A DNA stretch of 63,764 nucleotides, counting the filler, from Octopus bimaculoides (Eukaryota): the NCBI RefSeq assembly GCF_001194135.2. It is 5 parts of 5 records of this genome, joined end to end, with 100 filler letters (N's around TTAATTAATTAA, not from the genome) between each part and the next. Parts side by side here need not be neighbours in the genome. Positions count along the whole stretch, not along the records: positions 3,582 to 33,773 come from NC_068990.1; positions 33,874 to 42,545 come from NC_068986.1; 3 more parts are not named here. One strand, given 5' to 3'. The notes beneath the pieces were generated by a model. That model was given only the letters and a program-made list of their open reading frames with translations, ran no database searches and had not been told where the DNA came from. The position numbers and the translations under genes are program-made. Numbering within the stretch: the first letter of the stretch is position 1; each line of letters starts with the position of its first letter. Positions 27,399 to 42,329 of the stretch are shown here, piece by piece.

Positions 27399-28486
27399 TA
27401 GTTGTACAGAAATGTATCGGACGGTGGCGAGAGAGAGTCATGGAATCATTCATAACTTATTGAACTACACATGTAAATTTCTGAAATAAAACTGAAAAGT
27501 ATAATTAATTAAAACGTTTCTTGAGTTAAAGAGACCATTTCCTTCCTTCTTGTATGTTATTACCGCTTTTTAGTGAGAAATCTTTAAGGCAATTAATCGA
27601 AATTGAGGAAGAACATTAAAATGTCAGTGCTATGTATTGATATTGTCGACTATTTAATATTCATCGTTCCCTTCGATAACCACATATATCCCCTTCTGAT
27701 CAACGTTGACCACTTTGCCAGATCCTGGTCTATTTCATCCTTTGATCTATACCACAGTGGTGTTTGATTTAGAAGCAATTTGATTGTTATTTCCAGCAGA
27801 TAGGTTGACCACACAAACTTTCCTCCGTTTTCGAAGCGTCATCTACATCGAAGTAGATTATTCGTTGAGGGTACATAACGCTGGAATCATACGTATGCGG
27901 GAGATTTGAAATTAAATAACTCAAACAGGGATCGAACTCCTGTTCAAAGATATTCAATTATCCGGAAGAATACGACGGTGTAACGTTTCTTTCCCGCTCT
28001 CTAATATTACAAATAGAAAGGAAAATAAATATTTTACAGTTGACTGATTTTTGTCTCAGAATGAAATACTTCAATTTCCAGTCATAGTTTCTATTTTTTG
28101 AAATCGAGACCTTGGCACGCACTTAGTTAATTTGTAAGCTCTGGCGATTACTGCTGCAGAACAGCATAATTCCTGTATTTATCGTAACTATGTTACTTCT
28201 TATGAGTTTCTTTTGATTTATATGCGCAGCTCTCAGTTCTTTGCCAAGCAGGTTCTTGGACGGATGCCGTGAACTTAACTTAACTTGAATATCTATAGAA
28301 AATGTTCGTTCAAAGAAAAATTCTCTTACATCTAATTCAGCAGTAGACTATGCAAATGTCACGTGATTAGCTAGAGAATTATTTTTGTGTGGCTGTATGT
28401 ATAAATATAAATACACACACACACACACACACACACAAATATTAATATATATGAACATATACATGAAAAAATGTACATATGCATAC

Positions 28487-28523
<37 letters not shown>

Positions 28524-28537
28524 CATACATGTACCTA

Positions 28538-28569
<32 letters not shown>

Positions 28570-28598
28570 CATATACCTATGTGTATATNNNNNNNNNN

Positions 28599-28654
<56 letters not shown>

Positions 28655-28779
28655 TGATGCATGCGTATGTATATATACATTTATAAATGAATATATATAC
28701 ATATACATATACATACGTTGATGATATCTATATGTATGTATGTATGTATGTATCTATCTATCTATCTGTCTATCTGTCA

Positions 28780-28851
<72 letters not shown>

Positions 28852-29954
28852 TTCTGCCTATCTATCTTTCTCTCTATCTAATCAACTACTTCTCAGAAAA
28901 ATATTAGCCTTACTTATGAAAAGATAAAACATGTCTTGGCGAGACGGAGAAAAAGTAGTAACACATAAAATGAATTGTATTCTAAACATTTCTAGACATG
29001 TATTTTTCCCTAAGCTATGAGTCTCCGGATTTGTAATTCGAAGCAATGTATGATTCAGTGATTGCACAATATAAGAGATTTGGACAGCTGGCTCCATATG
29101 ATATCAAAGGATTCTCCAAAATATCGCTTGTCTGAATCTAGTTTTGACATATCAACGCTGAAAATGTTGCTTCGCCAAAACACGTAATCCACAATGACCT
29201 AATCTATTTAAACATGTAATCTAACACAGCCTAATCTATCTAGATATTAAAGATTCCCTGACTGAGGCCGTATATATTCTATGTTAGCCCTGCATGAGGT
29301 GACTTATGTTCAGTAGTAATCCAGCCATGGCTGCATATTCTTGTTTTGCATTTCTTTTGTGTTTGTATGAATACATTATTATCGACGGCACTATTTCTCT
29401 GTTTTAAGTCTGTTTAGCTTTTAAGAAACGAAAATCATCTAGAGTTTTTACAAGCAAGAGTCTCCCTGTTTTTCAGTTTCATAATAAAAGGCAGCGACCG
29501 TATAAGACTGAATAGAGTTTAGTTAGTTTATCTTAAGTGAGTACAAGTTTATGTTTTTTTTTTTTAACAGAAAATGGCATAATTCGTTTGAAAATTTCTT
29601 AACTGAAAAAAGGGTTACACTAGTATTCTTTTCTTAATTGAATATTATCAATCACGATAAACTATTCAATCACCACAATTAAAAGATTAACCATGTTATA
29701 CTACTGCATTTACCTCAATAGCCTGTCTAATTGATCAACGATAGCAGATAATTGAACCAACCCCAGTATTGTATGGAATCGACCACTATATGCTGTTGCA
29801 TCAACCATAGTAAACACAGTATGAAGTATATTCTATGAAAAATTTTGTATTGTCGGTTCAGTCACACTGAATATTGTATCAACTCACTTGCTGTTTATAA
29901 CGCCAACTACTTTAAAATCTTTTCGAACAACTACAATGCTGTTAACGGGGTCCA

Positions 29955-30115
29955 AACTAGTACAGTATACTGGGTTAAGTACGCTATATTGTCCATTGAG
30001 TCAGCTACAGTACTGTGTAGTGAATAATTGTATTTTACTGGATCAACTACATTACGGTTTATTAGATCAGCTACGTTGGAGTTTACTTTATCAATCGCAA
30101 TACAGTCTAAGATCA
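29955..30115. repeat. Degenerate ~24-bp minisatellite (tactggatcaactacagtacggtc-like)
   Basis: Successive units tactggatcaactacattacggtt / tattagatcagctacgttggagtt / tactttatcaatcgcaatacagtc. Confidence 0.6.
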
Positions 30116-30435
30116 GACACCGAAAGTTCTGTTGGGTGTCCACAGCAATCTACTTCATAAAATATTAATGAATATTTGTCTCGCATGAAAGGAATGGAAA
30201 GACAAATGCAAATGGGTTCACTTCAGATATGATTGTATGGTTAAATGATCGCTAGGCAACTATATTGTTTCTGATTCGAATCCACTGTAAAACGTATGGG
30301 CAAGTATCATTTACCAATCTTCAAGTTTGACCAGAATAATATGAGAATTTGGGAGCTGCATATTTTCTGGTAGCCTGTGAAATATCTCGATATATTGTTT
30401 ATGTGTGTGCATGAGTGTGTGTATTTGTCTACATG

Positions 30436-30479
<44 letters not shown>

Positions 30480-31477
30480 TGTGTGTGTGTGTGTATGTGT
30501 GTGTGTGTGTCTGCATGCCTTTTGCTTATATTTGCCTTCTGATAATACCAGCAATCCACATAGGACATAAACACCATCAAGAAGCCAAATAAATGATGTT
30601 TTATGATGATAGCCAACGGTGCTTCTGGAAAAAGATAAAAATTGTAATAGAAAATGTATATATAAACTGTATGCTATTCCAATGTAAACATGATCGTATT
30701 GCGATTTGAATTCAGAATACAGAAGAGCGAAAGTAGATGTAGTGCATCATTTATCCAGGTATTTTACTGTATCTGCCCATCATCTCTACGTTTTGTTTCC
30801 TTACAAATGTTGGATGAAAATCAAATAGTTTTCTCGTGCCGACATATCTTAACAACTAGGATAAACTGTTTTCATGATATTTCCGATTAAATAGATAATG
30901 TAAAGTATTAAATATCGAACAGGATTTTAATTTTTGTCAGTAAATATATTGCACATAGCACAAGCTAGAAACATGCCTTGTATATTTTTATCATGAGCTG
31001 CACAAATAATTAGAAAATATAGCACGCGAACCATAAGCTTTGGCCTGGCTTTCGTTTTACGCACATACACGCAACATAGACTTCCATGCCATTTAAGTCT
31101 TATGGCGTCGAAAACTATCTTCTTAGTATAAATAATCAATAAATCATTTGCAAACGAAAAGAAAAAAATATATTATTTTTGTCTTTTTCACATAAGACAA
31201 GTGATATCTAAATTTAGCTGCATGACGATAATCGAAAGAATTTTGGAACTGAAGAACTAAAGAACTAAAGAGGATTCATGAATTATGTGTAAATCAAACG
31301 TATGCAGAATACAGAAATGTTATATGCATATATCTTTTATAGTGTGTGCGCGCCCGCGTGTGTATGTTGTGCATCTGTGTGCGCATGTGTATCTGTGTGC
31401 ATGTTGTGTGTGTGTATGTCTGTATATGTAGATGATTTTTATATGTCTCTTTATAGATTTATGTAAAAGTGAATGCA

Positions 31478-31508
<31 letters not shown>

Positions 31509-31581
31509 GTATCTATCTATCTATCTGTCTATCTATGTAACTATCTGTCTGTCTTTCCCTCTCTCTCTCTCTCTCTCTCTG

Positions 31582-31642
<61 letters not shown>

Positions 31643-32042
31643 CGGGTGCGTCAGATATTTGAGGACATATTTATGTTTATATAAAAACAGATAATAGCTA
31701 AAATACTATGAGGATAACAATAAGCCTTCCTTTCTATAATGCTATTCAATAAAGCGTCAACTGTTTGTATATGAGATCTAAATCATCTACATGCTGGAAT
31801 TAAGTGATGGTGGTTTATTTTGGACATTACTCTGACTATGGCAGCTTTCAAAGAATTTTAGGTGTTATGGGCGTGTTGATTGACCTCTCAACAACGTTCC
31901 ACATGTAATAGTCCAATGGATTGAGATCTGTTACTAGAGGCATGTGTGATAGCGCAGACTCTTACTGAAACACATATGGCCTTCCATTGCTTACCCTGTG
32001 TGTATATATCTATATATCTATATATCTATATCTATCTATCTA

Positions 32043-32079
<37 letters not shown>

Positions 32080-32295
32080 NNNNNNNNNNNNNNNNNNNNN
32101 NNNNNNNNNNNNNNNNNNNNNNNNNNNNNNNNNNNNNNNNNNNNNNNNNNNNNNNNNNNNNNNNNNNNNNNNNNNNNNNNNNNNNNNNNNNNNNNNNNNN
32201 NNNNNNNNNNNNNNNNNNNNNNNNNNNNNNNNNNNNNNNNNNNNNNNNNNNNNNNNNNNNNNNNNNNNNNNNNNNNNNNNNNNNNNNNNNNNNNN

Positions 32296-32330
<35 letters not shown>

Positions 32331-33374
32331 AAGAAAGAAAGAAAGATGGTGAGAGAGAAAGAGAGTGAGCGAGAAAGAGAGCGAGAGAGAAAGAGAAAGT
32401 GAGAGAGCCATCGACATATACTTCCAAGTTTATTTATGACAGGATTGTGTCTATTCCTACCCATCATCTTGAAGAGTTTAAATTGATCATATCGGCTCTA
32501 GAACTTAATGTTATTTGTGAGAGGCCTTCACAAATTCTGAATGTAAGGTGGCCTAAGAATGATCATCTGTTATTAAGCGTTCTCATCAGGAAGGAGCAAA
32601 TGCAAACGCACATGTACTACGGGACTGTACAGTTTCCACAATGAATTGTACACTTTATTTACAAGTCAGTGCAAGTCGAAGACATTTGGGGAAATGTTTT
32701 TTGACGTAAATTTCTTACCACAACGATCATCAGGTGAGAACTATTGCGACACAGTATATTTCTTTTTGTTATATCGATTGATTTAGACTTGGTTTTTTAA
32801 ATTTAAATTTTGGATTCGATTTGTGATTGAGGAGAGTAACAGTGTGTCGTTATTTAGTTTCTAATGCTTTACTTTAGTTTATATATTTAGGGGCATACCG
32901 TATGTTCATGTATCCATCATTCATTTGGTTCTTTACATTTTATTGCTTTATTTTCGTTAATGCGATAAAGGGCGCACGTTCATATCTGTTGTCTTACAAC
33001 TAAAATACGTAAAAGAATGAAAGAATATTTAAAATCATTCATGTAGTCTGAAGCTCTGCCATAAGAAAAGCAGATGACTAAACAGATAGAAACATATCCG
33101 ATAAAGCAATTCTGCTTTCGCGATGATGTGTATGTATTCATAATGTGGAATTTGGAAGACAGAAAATCCAAAATTATTGGTCTTGAGAAACAAAAAAAAG
33201 TATATACTGATTATTTTATGTGCGAAGAGATTTTACAGTAATGTGAAAGATATATTACCAACCAGATTTTTTCATAGAAATACGCATGTATGTATGTATG
33301 TATGTATGTATGTATGTATGTATGAATGTAAGTAAGTATATATGTGTATATATGTATATATACATACATAAATA

Positions 33375-33432
33375 GTCTTTTAATCTTGTACTTGTTTAAG
33401 TCATTTGACTGCGATCATGCTGGAGCACTGCC
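33375..33432 (-). mobile_element. Family B SINE 3' fragment fused to the CR1-like LINE
   Basis: tacttgtttaagtcatttgactgcgatcatgctggagcactgcc is the reverse complement of the family B tail. Confidence 0.7.
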
Positions 33433-33773
33433 TGGATTACTGCTCACAGCTTTGGTCACCCAGCAGTGTGAAATTAACAGCAGACCTTGAAGCAATCCAG
33501 AGAAGATTCACAAAGAAGATTGTCTCTTTGCAACTGCTCAGCTACTGGGAAAGGCTGAAACAGTTAAGACTCTACTCCCTGGAGAGAATGCGGGAGAGGT
33601 ATGCAGTAATATACATCTGGAAGATCCTGGAAGGAATTGTGCCAAATTTTGGCATTGAAAGCTACACCAATGCTAGAACGGGAGGACACTGCATAGTGCC
33701 AAAGGTCCCAGCAATGCCATCGCGCTTCAGGACCAGTTACTGCAACAGTTTGGGTTTCAGGGGCCCACAGCTT
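33433..33773 (+). mobile_element. CR1-like LINE RT C-terminal fragment, cut by an assembly join
   Basis: LDYCSQLWSP...LEAIQRRFTKKI...LSYWERLKQLRLYSLERMRERYAVIYIWKILEG is the typical CR1/L2-group post-RT motif set. Confidence 0.85.
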
Positions 33774-33873
33774 NNNNNNNNNNNNNNNNNNNNNNNNNNN
33801 NNNNNNNNNNNNNNNNNTTAATTAATTAANNNNNNNNNNNNNNNNNNNNNNNNNNNNNNNNNNNNNNNNNNNN
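33774..33873. other. Artificial 100-bp join with TTAATTAATTAA (33818-33829)
   Basis: 44 N + 12-mer + 44 N. Confidence 0.95.
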
Positions 33874-33919
<46 letters not shown>

Positions 33920-34663
33920 CTTATATGTATATGTGCGTGATTGTATGCGTGATGTAAGTATGTGTGGGGATATGTGTTAGGTAACAGAGAAATCAGTATA
34001 GTGGACTGGAAAAAAACCTTGCACGTTGTGCTACAGCATGGCAAGTTTCCTGAAACGAAACTCGCAATGTGATCACAGAATATATATGCGAGTGTATGTG
34101 AGGGGTGCTGTGTGGGTGTGTATGCATGTATGTGTTCGTATATGACTAGGTGTTTTATATATATATATATCTATATATATATGTGTTTGTGTGTGTGTCT
34201 GTGTGTGTGTATGTATGTATGTATGTATGTATGTATGTATGTATGTATGTATGTATGTGTGCGTGAGTAAAACATTAACGTGTTGCTAATAAGTGCTGGT
34301 AGATAGAAAATTCACCACAAACGAATAAGAGGCGTATGTTGAAAGATAACGTGTTCAGTGTATACAGAAACGTTTGGCAAGGCAAAAACTTTCTAAGACT
34401 TTTTACACTTCTGTCAACTTTGTCAGACAATCATTAACGGTAACTATATTCTTTGATCATTAATCATCGTTCCAATCAAGTGTCTGTTATTACCAATTAA
34501 TGGAACCGTCATTAACGTGGTGTTCTTCAGTGTTACGCTGGAGACGTTCTTTTAACTGATGCTAACGATTCCATCTAATAGTTTACTACTGGTCGTAAAC
34601 GGCACGCCGACCGGATGCGAACACATTCTTAGCCATATATACACACGCACCCAAAGTACTTCG

Positions 34664-34727
<64 letters not shown>

Positions 34728-35590
34728 AAAAAAATAATAAACACAGACACAAATTCAGACGCATAAATATGAAATCTACACTCGCACACACATGATATAT
34801 ATCATATATTTACATATATACATCNNNNNNNNNNNNNNNNNNNNNNNNNNNNNNNNNNNNNNNNNNNNNNNNNNNNNNNNNNNNNNNNNNNNNNNNNNNN
34901 NNNNNNNNNNNNNNNNNNNNNNNNNNNNNNNNNNNNNNNNNNNNNNNNNNNNNNNNNNNNNNNNNNNNNNNNNNNNNNNNNNNNNNNNNNNNNNNNNNNN
35001 NNNNNNNNNNNNNNNNNNNNNNNNNNNNNNNNNNNNNNNNNNNNNNNNNNNNNNNNNNNNNNNNNNNNNNNNNNNNNNNNNNNNNNNNNNNNNNNNNNNN
35101 NNNNNNNNNNNNNNNNNNNNNNNNNNNNNNNNNNNNNNNNNNNNNNNNNNNNNNNNNNNNNNNNNNNNNNNNNNNNNNNNNNNNNNNNNNNNNNNNNNNN
35201 NNNNNNNNNNNNNNNNNNNNNNNNNNNNNNNNNNNNNNNNNNNNNNNNNNNNNNNNNNNNNNNNNNNNNNNNNNNNNNNNNNNNNNNNNNNNNNNNNNNN
35301 NNNNNNNNNNNNNNNNNNNNNNNNNNNNNNNNNNNNNNNNNNNNNNNNNNNNNNNNNNNNNNNNNNNNNNNNNNNNNNNNNNNNNNNNNNNNNNNNNNNN
35401 NNNNNNNNNNNNNNNNNNNNNNNNNNNNNNNNNNNNNNNNNNNNNNNNNNNNNNNNNNNNNNNNNNNNNNNNNNNNNNNNNNNNNNNNNNNNNNNNNNNN
35501 NNNNNNNNNNNNNNNNNNNNNNNNNNNNNNNNNNNNNNNNNNNNNNNNNNNNNNNNNNNNNNNNNNNNNNNNNNNNNNNNNNNNNNNNNN

Positions 35591-35657
<67 letters not shown>

Positions 35658-36223
35658 AATATAGATATAAATTTATGTGTATAAACATATATTAATACAT
35701 ATTAAAATATATAAATATATACTAATATATATAAATATAAATAGACGTATGCACACAGAAACATATACACACACACACACACATTTATATGGCATAGTCA
35801 TATGTCTATGTGTATAGATAGGAACGCATTCATGCAGATACATAAATAATGTACACGTGCCCAAGCATAATCGTTTAGGTTTCCCTAATGTATGCATAAT
35901 GAATATATATTATATATCACTCAATTAATTATTCAATTAATCAATCATTCAATTCATTTCTGTATGTATGTATGTATGTATGTATGTATGTATGTATGCA
36001 TGCATCTATCTATCTATCTATCTATCTCCGTCCGTCCGTCCGTCTGTCTCTCTGTCTGTCTGTTTATCAGTCTGCTTGTCTTTTTACCTGCTTATCTATC
36101 TATCTAAAGATATACCCGTATATTTATACTTGTACATTCTATACACACGCAGGTATACATATATTCATATACACGTATGTATTATTTATATGTATGTATA
36201 CATATATGTCTCTGTCTGTCTAT

Positions 36224-36266
<43 letters not shown>

Positions 36267-37289
36267 NNNNNNNNNNNNNNNNNNNNNNNNNNNNNNNNNN
36301 NNNNNNNNNNNNNNNNNNNNNNNNNNNNNNNNNNNNNNNNNNNNNNNNNNNNNNNNNNNNNNNNNNNNNNNNNNNNNNNNNNNNNNNNNNNNNNNNNNNN
36401 NNNNNNNNNNNNNNNNNNNNNNNNNNNNNNNNNNNNNNNNNNNNNNNNNNNNNNNNNNNNNNNNNNNNNNNNNNNNNNNNNNNNNNNNNNNNNNNNNNNN
36501 NNNNNNNNNNNNNNNNNNNNNNNNNNNNNNNNNNNNNNNNNNNNNNNNNNNNNNNNNNNNNNNNNNNNNNNNNNNNNNNNNNNNNNNNNNNNNNNNNNNN
36601 NNNNNNNNNNNNNNNNNNNNNNNNNNNNNNNNNNNNNNNNNNNNNNNNNNNNNNNNNNNNNNNNNNNNNNNNNNNNNNNNNNNNNNNNNNNNNNNNNNNN
36701 NNNNNNNNNNNNNNNNNNNNNNNNNNNNNNNNNNNNNNNNNNTATATATATATATATATATATTATATTTATGTATGTGTATGTATCTATCGCTATCTGT
36801 CTATCAACCTATACACACACACACGTACACACACACACACACGTACACACACGCATACACGCAAACACACACACACAAAAAAAATATATATATACCCACA
36901 CATATATGTCTGCGTATATGTAGGTATGTATACATTTGTAAACTGGAGCTTATATGTAGTGTATTCGCCTATGCTTACAAATACATAATAATAATTGCAC
37001 ATTGCATTGCGCTCTATTTAGCAGAGAACGCATACCTACGCGTATATACTCTGCCACGTATATACATTCACACACATAATGGATTTCATTATGGGTAATT
37101 AACTTATCCCAATAATTAGATTTCGGCAAATTACCTTATTGTCACTGTAATAGTCAACGCTAATATCGTTAGTGTTATTTTCTTTACTTTTATCATCAGT
37201 ATGCTTTTAATTTTCAATGTTCTCATTATTTTGCTCTCATAATGATGTTACAATTTTGCTCTTTCTTCTACGCTGTACTTTATAATAGA

Positions 37290-37375
37290 ATATTGTACTC
37301 TATTATACTATATTGTACACTATTGACCTCTATTGTACTCTATTATACTCCATTGTACGGTATTTTATTACGTTA
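37290..37375. repeat. 10-bp minisatellite (tattgtactc)n, degenerate
   Basis: Directly visible. Confidence 0.8.
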
Positions 37376-37420
37376 TATTCTATTTTGTTGGTTTATAAAA
37401 TAACCTCTCTGTATATGTAT

Positions 37421-37482
<62 letters not shown>

Positions 37483-37495
37483 GTAAATGTATATA

Positions 37496-37558
37496 GGCGC
37501 ATGGCCTAGTGGTTAGGCTATCGTGGTCACGATCGCGAGATCGTAGTTCTATCTCCAG
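37496..37558 (+). mobile_element. Family E SINE tRNA-like head, truncated by a gap
   Basis: ggcgcatggcctagtggttagg...cacgatcgcgagatcgtagttctatc; same cacgatcg loop as the 25478-25782 copy. Confidence 0.65.
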
Positions 37559-38914
37559 NNNNNNNNNNNNNNNNNNNNNNNNNNNNNNNNNNNNNNNNNN
37601 NNNNNNNNNNNNNNNNNNNNNNNNNNNNNNNNNNNNNNNNNNNNNNNNNNNNNNNNNNNNNNNNNNNNNNNNNNNNNNNNNNNNNNNNNNNNNNNNNNNN
37701 NNNNNNNNNNNNNNNNNNNNNNNNNNNNNNNNNNNNNNNNNNNNNNNNNNNNNNNNNNNNNNNNNNNNNNNNNNNNNNNNNNNNNNNNNNNNNNNNNNNN
37801 NNNNNNNNNNNNNNNNNNNNNNNNNNNNNNNNNNNNNNNNNNNNNNNNNNNNNNNNNNNNNNNNNNNNNNNNNNNNNNNNNNNNNNNNNNNNNNNNNNNN
37901 NNNNNNNNNNNNNNNNNNNNNNNNNNNNNNNNNNNNNNNNNNNNNNNNNNNNNNNNNNNNNNNNNNNNNNNNNNNNNNNNNNNNNNNNNNNNNNNNNNNN
38001 NNNNNNNNNNNNNNNNNNNNNNNNNNNNNNNNNNNNNNNNNNNNNNNNNNNNNNNNNNGTACGAAATCTTTTGCTCTTGAGTCACTTTGTAACTTCTATT
38101 AATTAAAAGGACTAACGGTTTTCTGCTAGCCACTTGATAATATTTTTACATTTTATTCCCAATTCTAATAATTTTCATGATATTTTACGTCTAATTATTT
38201 CTTTGTATAATAGTGTTCACTTGCTTAGAAAATATTGCTTTCATTATTTTATCACAGTCATAATCTCTCTTTTTTAAAGAAACAACAAGATAGTCCAACT
38301 ACGGATGGGGAAGCAGTTTGTCAAGTTTTACCTTCCCCTCAAAGCAACTAAGAGATTTCAGTTTAGCAACCCATATGTAAGCTTTGCAGTGTGTGTGTGT
38401 ATGTGAGCGAGAGAGGGGGAGAGAGAACATTGCAAACAATGAATGAAATAAACATAATAGGAAAAAAATCGTACAGATGTTTACGCCCCCAACTTTGTTG
38501 CCTCATAACATCCAGAAAAATGGATACTTTTCAACGAAATTTTCCACAAATACTGCTTAGATGTTATGGCTTCACAGTATATAGGGATTTGTAGGAAAAC
38601 TTTTTCTAAGGGCGATCCGTCTTTTTTCCCTCATGACTTTCAAGAAAATGGGTATCTTTTAATGAAGGTTTATACAAATACCTTTCAAACGGCATAAATT
38701 AAGATTATAAAGAAATTTGTGGGGAAACTTTTTCTGAGGGGGTGGGGAGAGGAGTCTCGGATCGGAAAGACCAAATAAGTTAGAACTACCTTGTTTTGAT
38801 GGGGATATTCCCCATTTTTTAAAACCACAGCCTTCGAACTGAAGGAGTGGGGTGACGGGCATCTTTCTATGGAAAAAAGTTTTGAAATTCTTTTACACCC
38901 CCTTTCCTCATCAT

Positions 38915-39590
38915 CCCCCTCCGGACCTATTTTGGCCAGTTTTTGTGGCACTTCAAAACCTTGGGAGGAGCCTTTTTGGTAAAAAAAAAAGGTAATGTTT
39001 TCTGAGAGAAAAGTGAATAATGTTTTTCAATATTTTCCTCCCCATAAATACATTTATATGCTAAAGAGAAGAAAATTTGAAAAATTATGTATTTTTTGTA
39101 ACCTCACTCCCTATCCCCTATTGTTCCTGTTTATAAATTAAAATATTGGAGAGCCTGAGAAGGTCATTGCTGACATTTATTCACAGTGATCTAAAGAAAG
39201 AGTTACGTAAACGATAATTCATTTTAACAGCATACTTTTCTGTTAGAAAATGTTTTTTCTTAAACACACACACATGGCTTGGCTTGATTGAGGCAGGGGT
39301 AAAAATTTAGATTACAATTTTTTTCTGTTGCTTATATTCCACCTGTGGACCACGCGTGTGTTACTTTGGCATCATCATTCTATAAAATGTGGTTGATGGG
39401 AGAAAAATATTGAAGAAACATCAATACGGAGTGTGGTTTGAGTTGTACTAGAAACAACAGCGAAACCTCCCTTGAATTGTTCACCTTTCCCCTTGAAAAT
39501 ATTTACAATTTTTAAAATTATTTTACCAAACAGGCTCCTCCCATGTTTTTTAAGTTAAAAACAAATGGCCAAAATCGGTCCAGATAGTTA
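38915..39590. repeat. Degraded fold-back: arms ~38915-39050 and ~39390-39590; the right arm is interrupted by a short repeat
   Basis: ggacctattttggcc...gggaggagcctttttggtaaaa versus the reverse complement of ttttaccaaacaggctcctccc...ggccaaaatcggtcc; also ttcaatattttcctcccat versus atgggagaaaaatattgaa. Confidence 0.65.
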
Positions 39591-40073
39591 TTGTTGTAAG
39601 GCTTATAGCGTTTCAAACAGCCATAATAATAATATAATTTCTTAATTTTTTTAACAAAAACTAGACCGCCATATTAAAACATTTTCATTCAATAAATAAT
39701 GTTTTTACATTATGTATATAGAATAAACTGGGTTTTCCAAACGGCGAATTAAAACTTGAAATGAAAGCATTGAAATAGAGAGAGAGAGAGGGGAAGGGAG
39801 AGAGAGAGAGAGAGAGAGAGAGCGCGGGGTGCAAATGAAAACGGAAGCGTCTGCAGTGAATGCCACGAATATTTAAATTTGTGAAAAATTAGAGTTCAAA
39901 AATACAATAAAGTTCAGAGATCGAAATTATAGGAAATATCTTCGAAAAATGAATTTATTAAAAAATTTCCAGACGGTCAAGCCTTTAATAATTGCTTTCT
40001 TTTAGTACTTTTGGTAATTGTTACATGCTTAATTAATAAGCAACTTTCTCCATTATAATATAGATACATACAC

Positions 40074-40290
40074 AAGGCGGCGAGCTGGCCAGAAACTTTA
40101 GCATGCTGGGCGAAATGTTTAGAGGTATTTCGACTGTCTTTACATTCTGAGTTCAAATTCTGCCGAAGTCGACTGTGCCTTTCATTCCTTCGGGGTCGAT
40201 AAATTAAGTACCAGTTACGTACTGGGATCGATCTAATCGACTGGCCCCGTCTCCCAAAATATCGGGCCTTGTGCCTAGAGTAGAAAAGGA
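40074..40290 (+). mobile_element. Full-length family A SINE, CpG-intact
   Basis: aaggcggcgagctggccagaa head, gagttcaaattctgcc B-box, gggccttgtgcctagagtagaaaagga tail. Confidence 0.92.
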
Positions 40291-41617
40291 TATAGATACA
40301 TACATATGCTTTTAATATATCACGCGATTGGCCAGAATACCGAATGTTGTTATACATCATCGTTATAACTTCGGAATGATTCCACCACGCTTTGCGAGCA
40401 GGCCTGATCGGAAAGGCTCCGTTGCAGGGTTACTCATTTACAGGTGAGTGTACTAGACCAATGTGAAATGAAGTGGAGCCGGGTTGAGAATCGAAGCTTT
40501 CTTACCACACAGCCATTCATTTTCCTGACATATTGTGTAGTTCAATAAACTCTATCTATTTTCTCTTTTGTACCTAGTAGTATAGTTGAGTATTTTCTTA
40601 TATTCCTTCTTGTATCGCGTGTTTCCGTTGAATATCTTTGCATAATCTTTCTTATACTATGTATTTCAGTTGACGATCTTGTAAACTCCTTTTCTTACTA
40701 ACTAAATAACTTTATATACTCTTTCTTCCTGGTGCATCTTCTATCGTGTTATCTGTTCACTAATAACAGTGTTGTACACATATTCTGTTCCCGACTGCAA
40801 ACACATTTTAAATGAATATTTAAAATAAAATAATTGTACCTCATTTAAATTCTTTTAGTTCTAAGAGAAATCAAGACACCTCAAAGCACCCACTTTCCCC
40901 ATGGTATTATTCTGATATTTGCCGTTCCTTGTAAGCTTACATCGCCAGACCAAAGGAGTGTCACCTCCCCGGTTAAGCACAAAATAATGATCAACGACAT
41001 ATTGCTGTAGTTATTTAGCCTCAGATTATGTATTTTAATCTCGATCACCCTTGCTTTTTTTAGCTGACATAGTGCGCATTGGATTCCATTATGCAATGTG
41101 TCCTTCCTGAATGACCATCCCCCGCCAAGGTTAGTATGAGATTATAATGGGATTATAAGTAGGGATTATAATGATTATATCAGATTATAAGTAGGGATTA
41201 TAATGGTTTACTGCTGGAATGAATTCATGAACTGTAATCTACTGCAGAAATCGCTAAATATAAGATTCTAAAGGAGGAATTTGTAATGTTACAATTGGGG
41301 TAGGATCGAACGCAGGATATGAGGACTGCGATAAGTCATGATCAAGTGCTTTGTAAGTACTTGATTATGACTGCTTCCATACATATATGTGTACTAACCT
41401 AAACAGTCGTTAGTATACATACATGTATGGAAGGGCCATACCCAGAAACAGACACACCGCCAAAGACACATGTGTATGTGCGTATACATACATGTATATG
41501 TATGTATACATATATATGTAAAAATACACAAAGACATGTGTATGTGTAGATGTAGATATTAAGATGTTGGCACATCTATATATACATATATAAATCTCTA
41601 TGATATATATATATATG

Positions 41618-41651
<34 letters not shown>

Positions 41652-41751
41652 NNNNNNNNNNNNNNNNNNNNNNNNNNNNNNNNNNNNNNNNNNNNNNNNN
41701 NNNNNNNNNNNNNNNNNNNNNNNNNNNNNNNNNNNNNNNNNNNNNNNNNNN

Positions 41752-41794
<43 letters not shown>

Positions 41795-42157
41795 ATACAT
41801 AAACACAAACGGACGCACATACACATGCTCACATAGATATAGTACACATCAACAAAATGCCACTCATGCACTCACGTACATATACATGAACTCATACACG
41901 AATATATATATGTCTGTAGACACACACACAAACACAAACATAAGTGGTCAAAATATTCTAAAGATAAATACAAGCGAAACGAGTGTGAATTCATTAGTAT
42001 TTGCATGTAGACTAGGTTTGTGTATGAACGATGTGATTTTGCTTGTGTGTGAGTGAGATTGTCATTATGTATTAAAATGCATGTATAGATGCATGCTTTG
42101 GTGTTTCTACGTATACGTACATAGAAACGCACGTACGCACGACCCCACCACACACAA

Positions 42158-42191
<34 letters not shown>

Positions 42192-42329
42192 ATAAAGAAT
42201 AAATAATTTTAATTCGGTAAGCCTTGGCAAAAACCTGATGAAGCTATGAACTTCAACAACTGGAACGAAAAAGTGCTTCTAAATGTGTTCTGATTGTTCG
42301 TTGTTCAGTTGACGAAGTGGGGTTATTTC

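Noticed and set aside
40880-41120. Minus-strand YVVDHYFVLNRG...VWRCK reminiscent of FLYWCH/MULE
   Set aside because: Surrounded by stops, too short, downstream Cys/His ligands absent.
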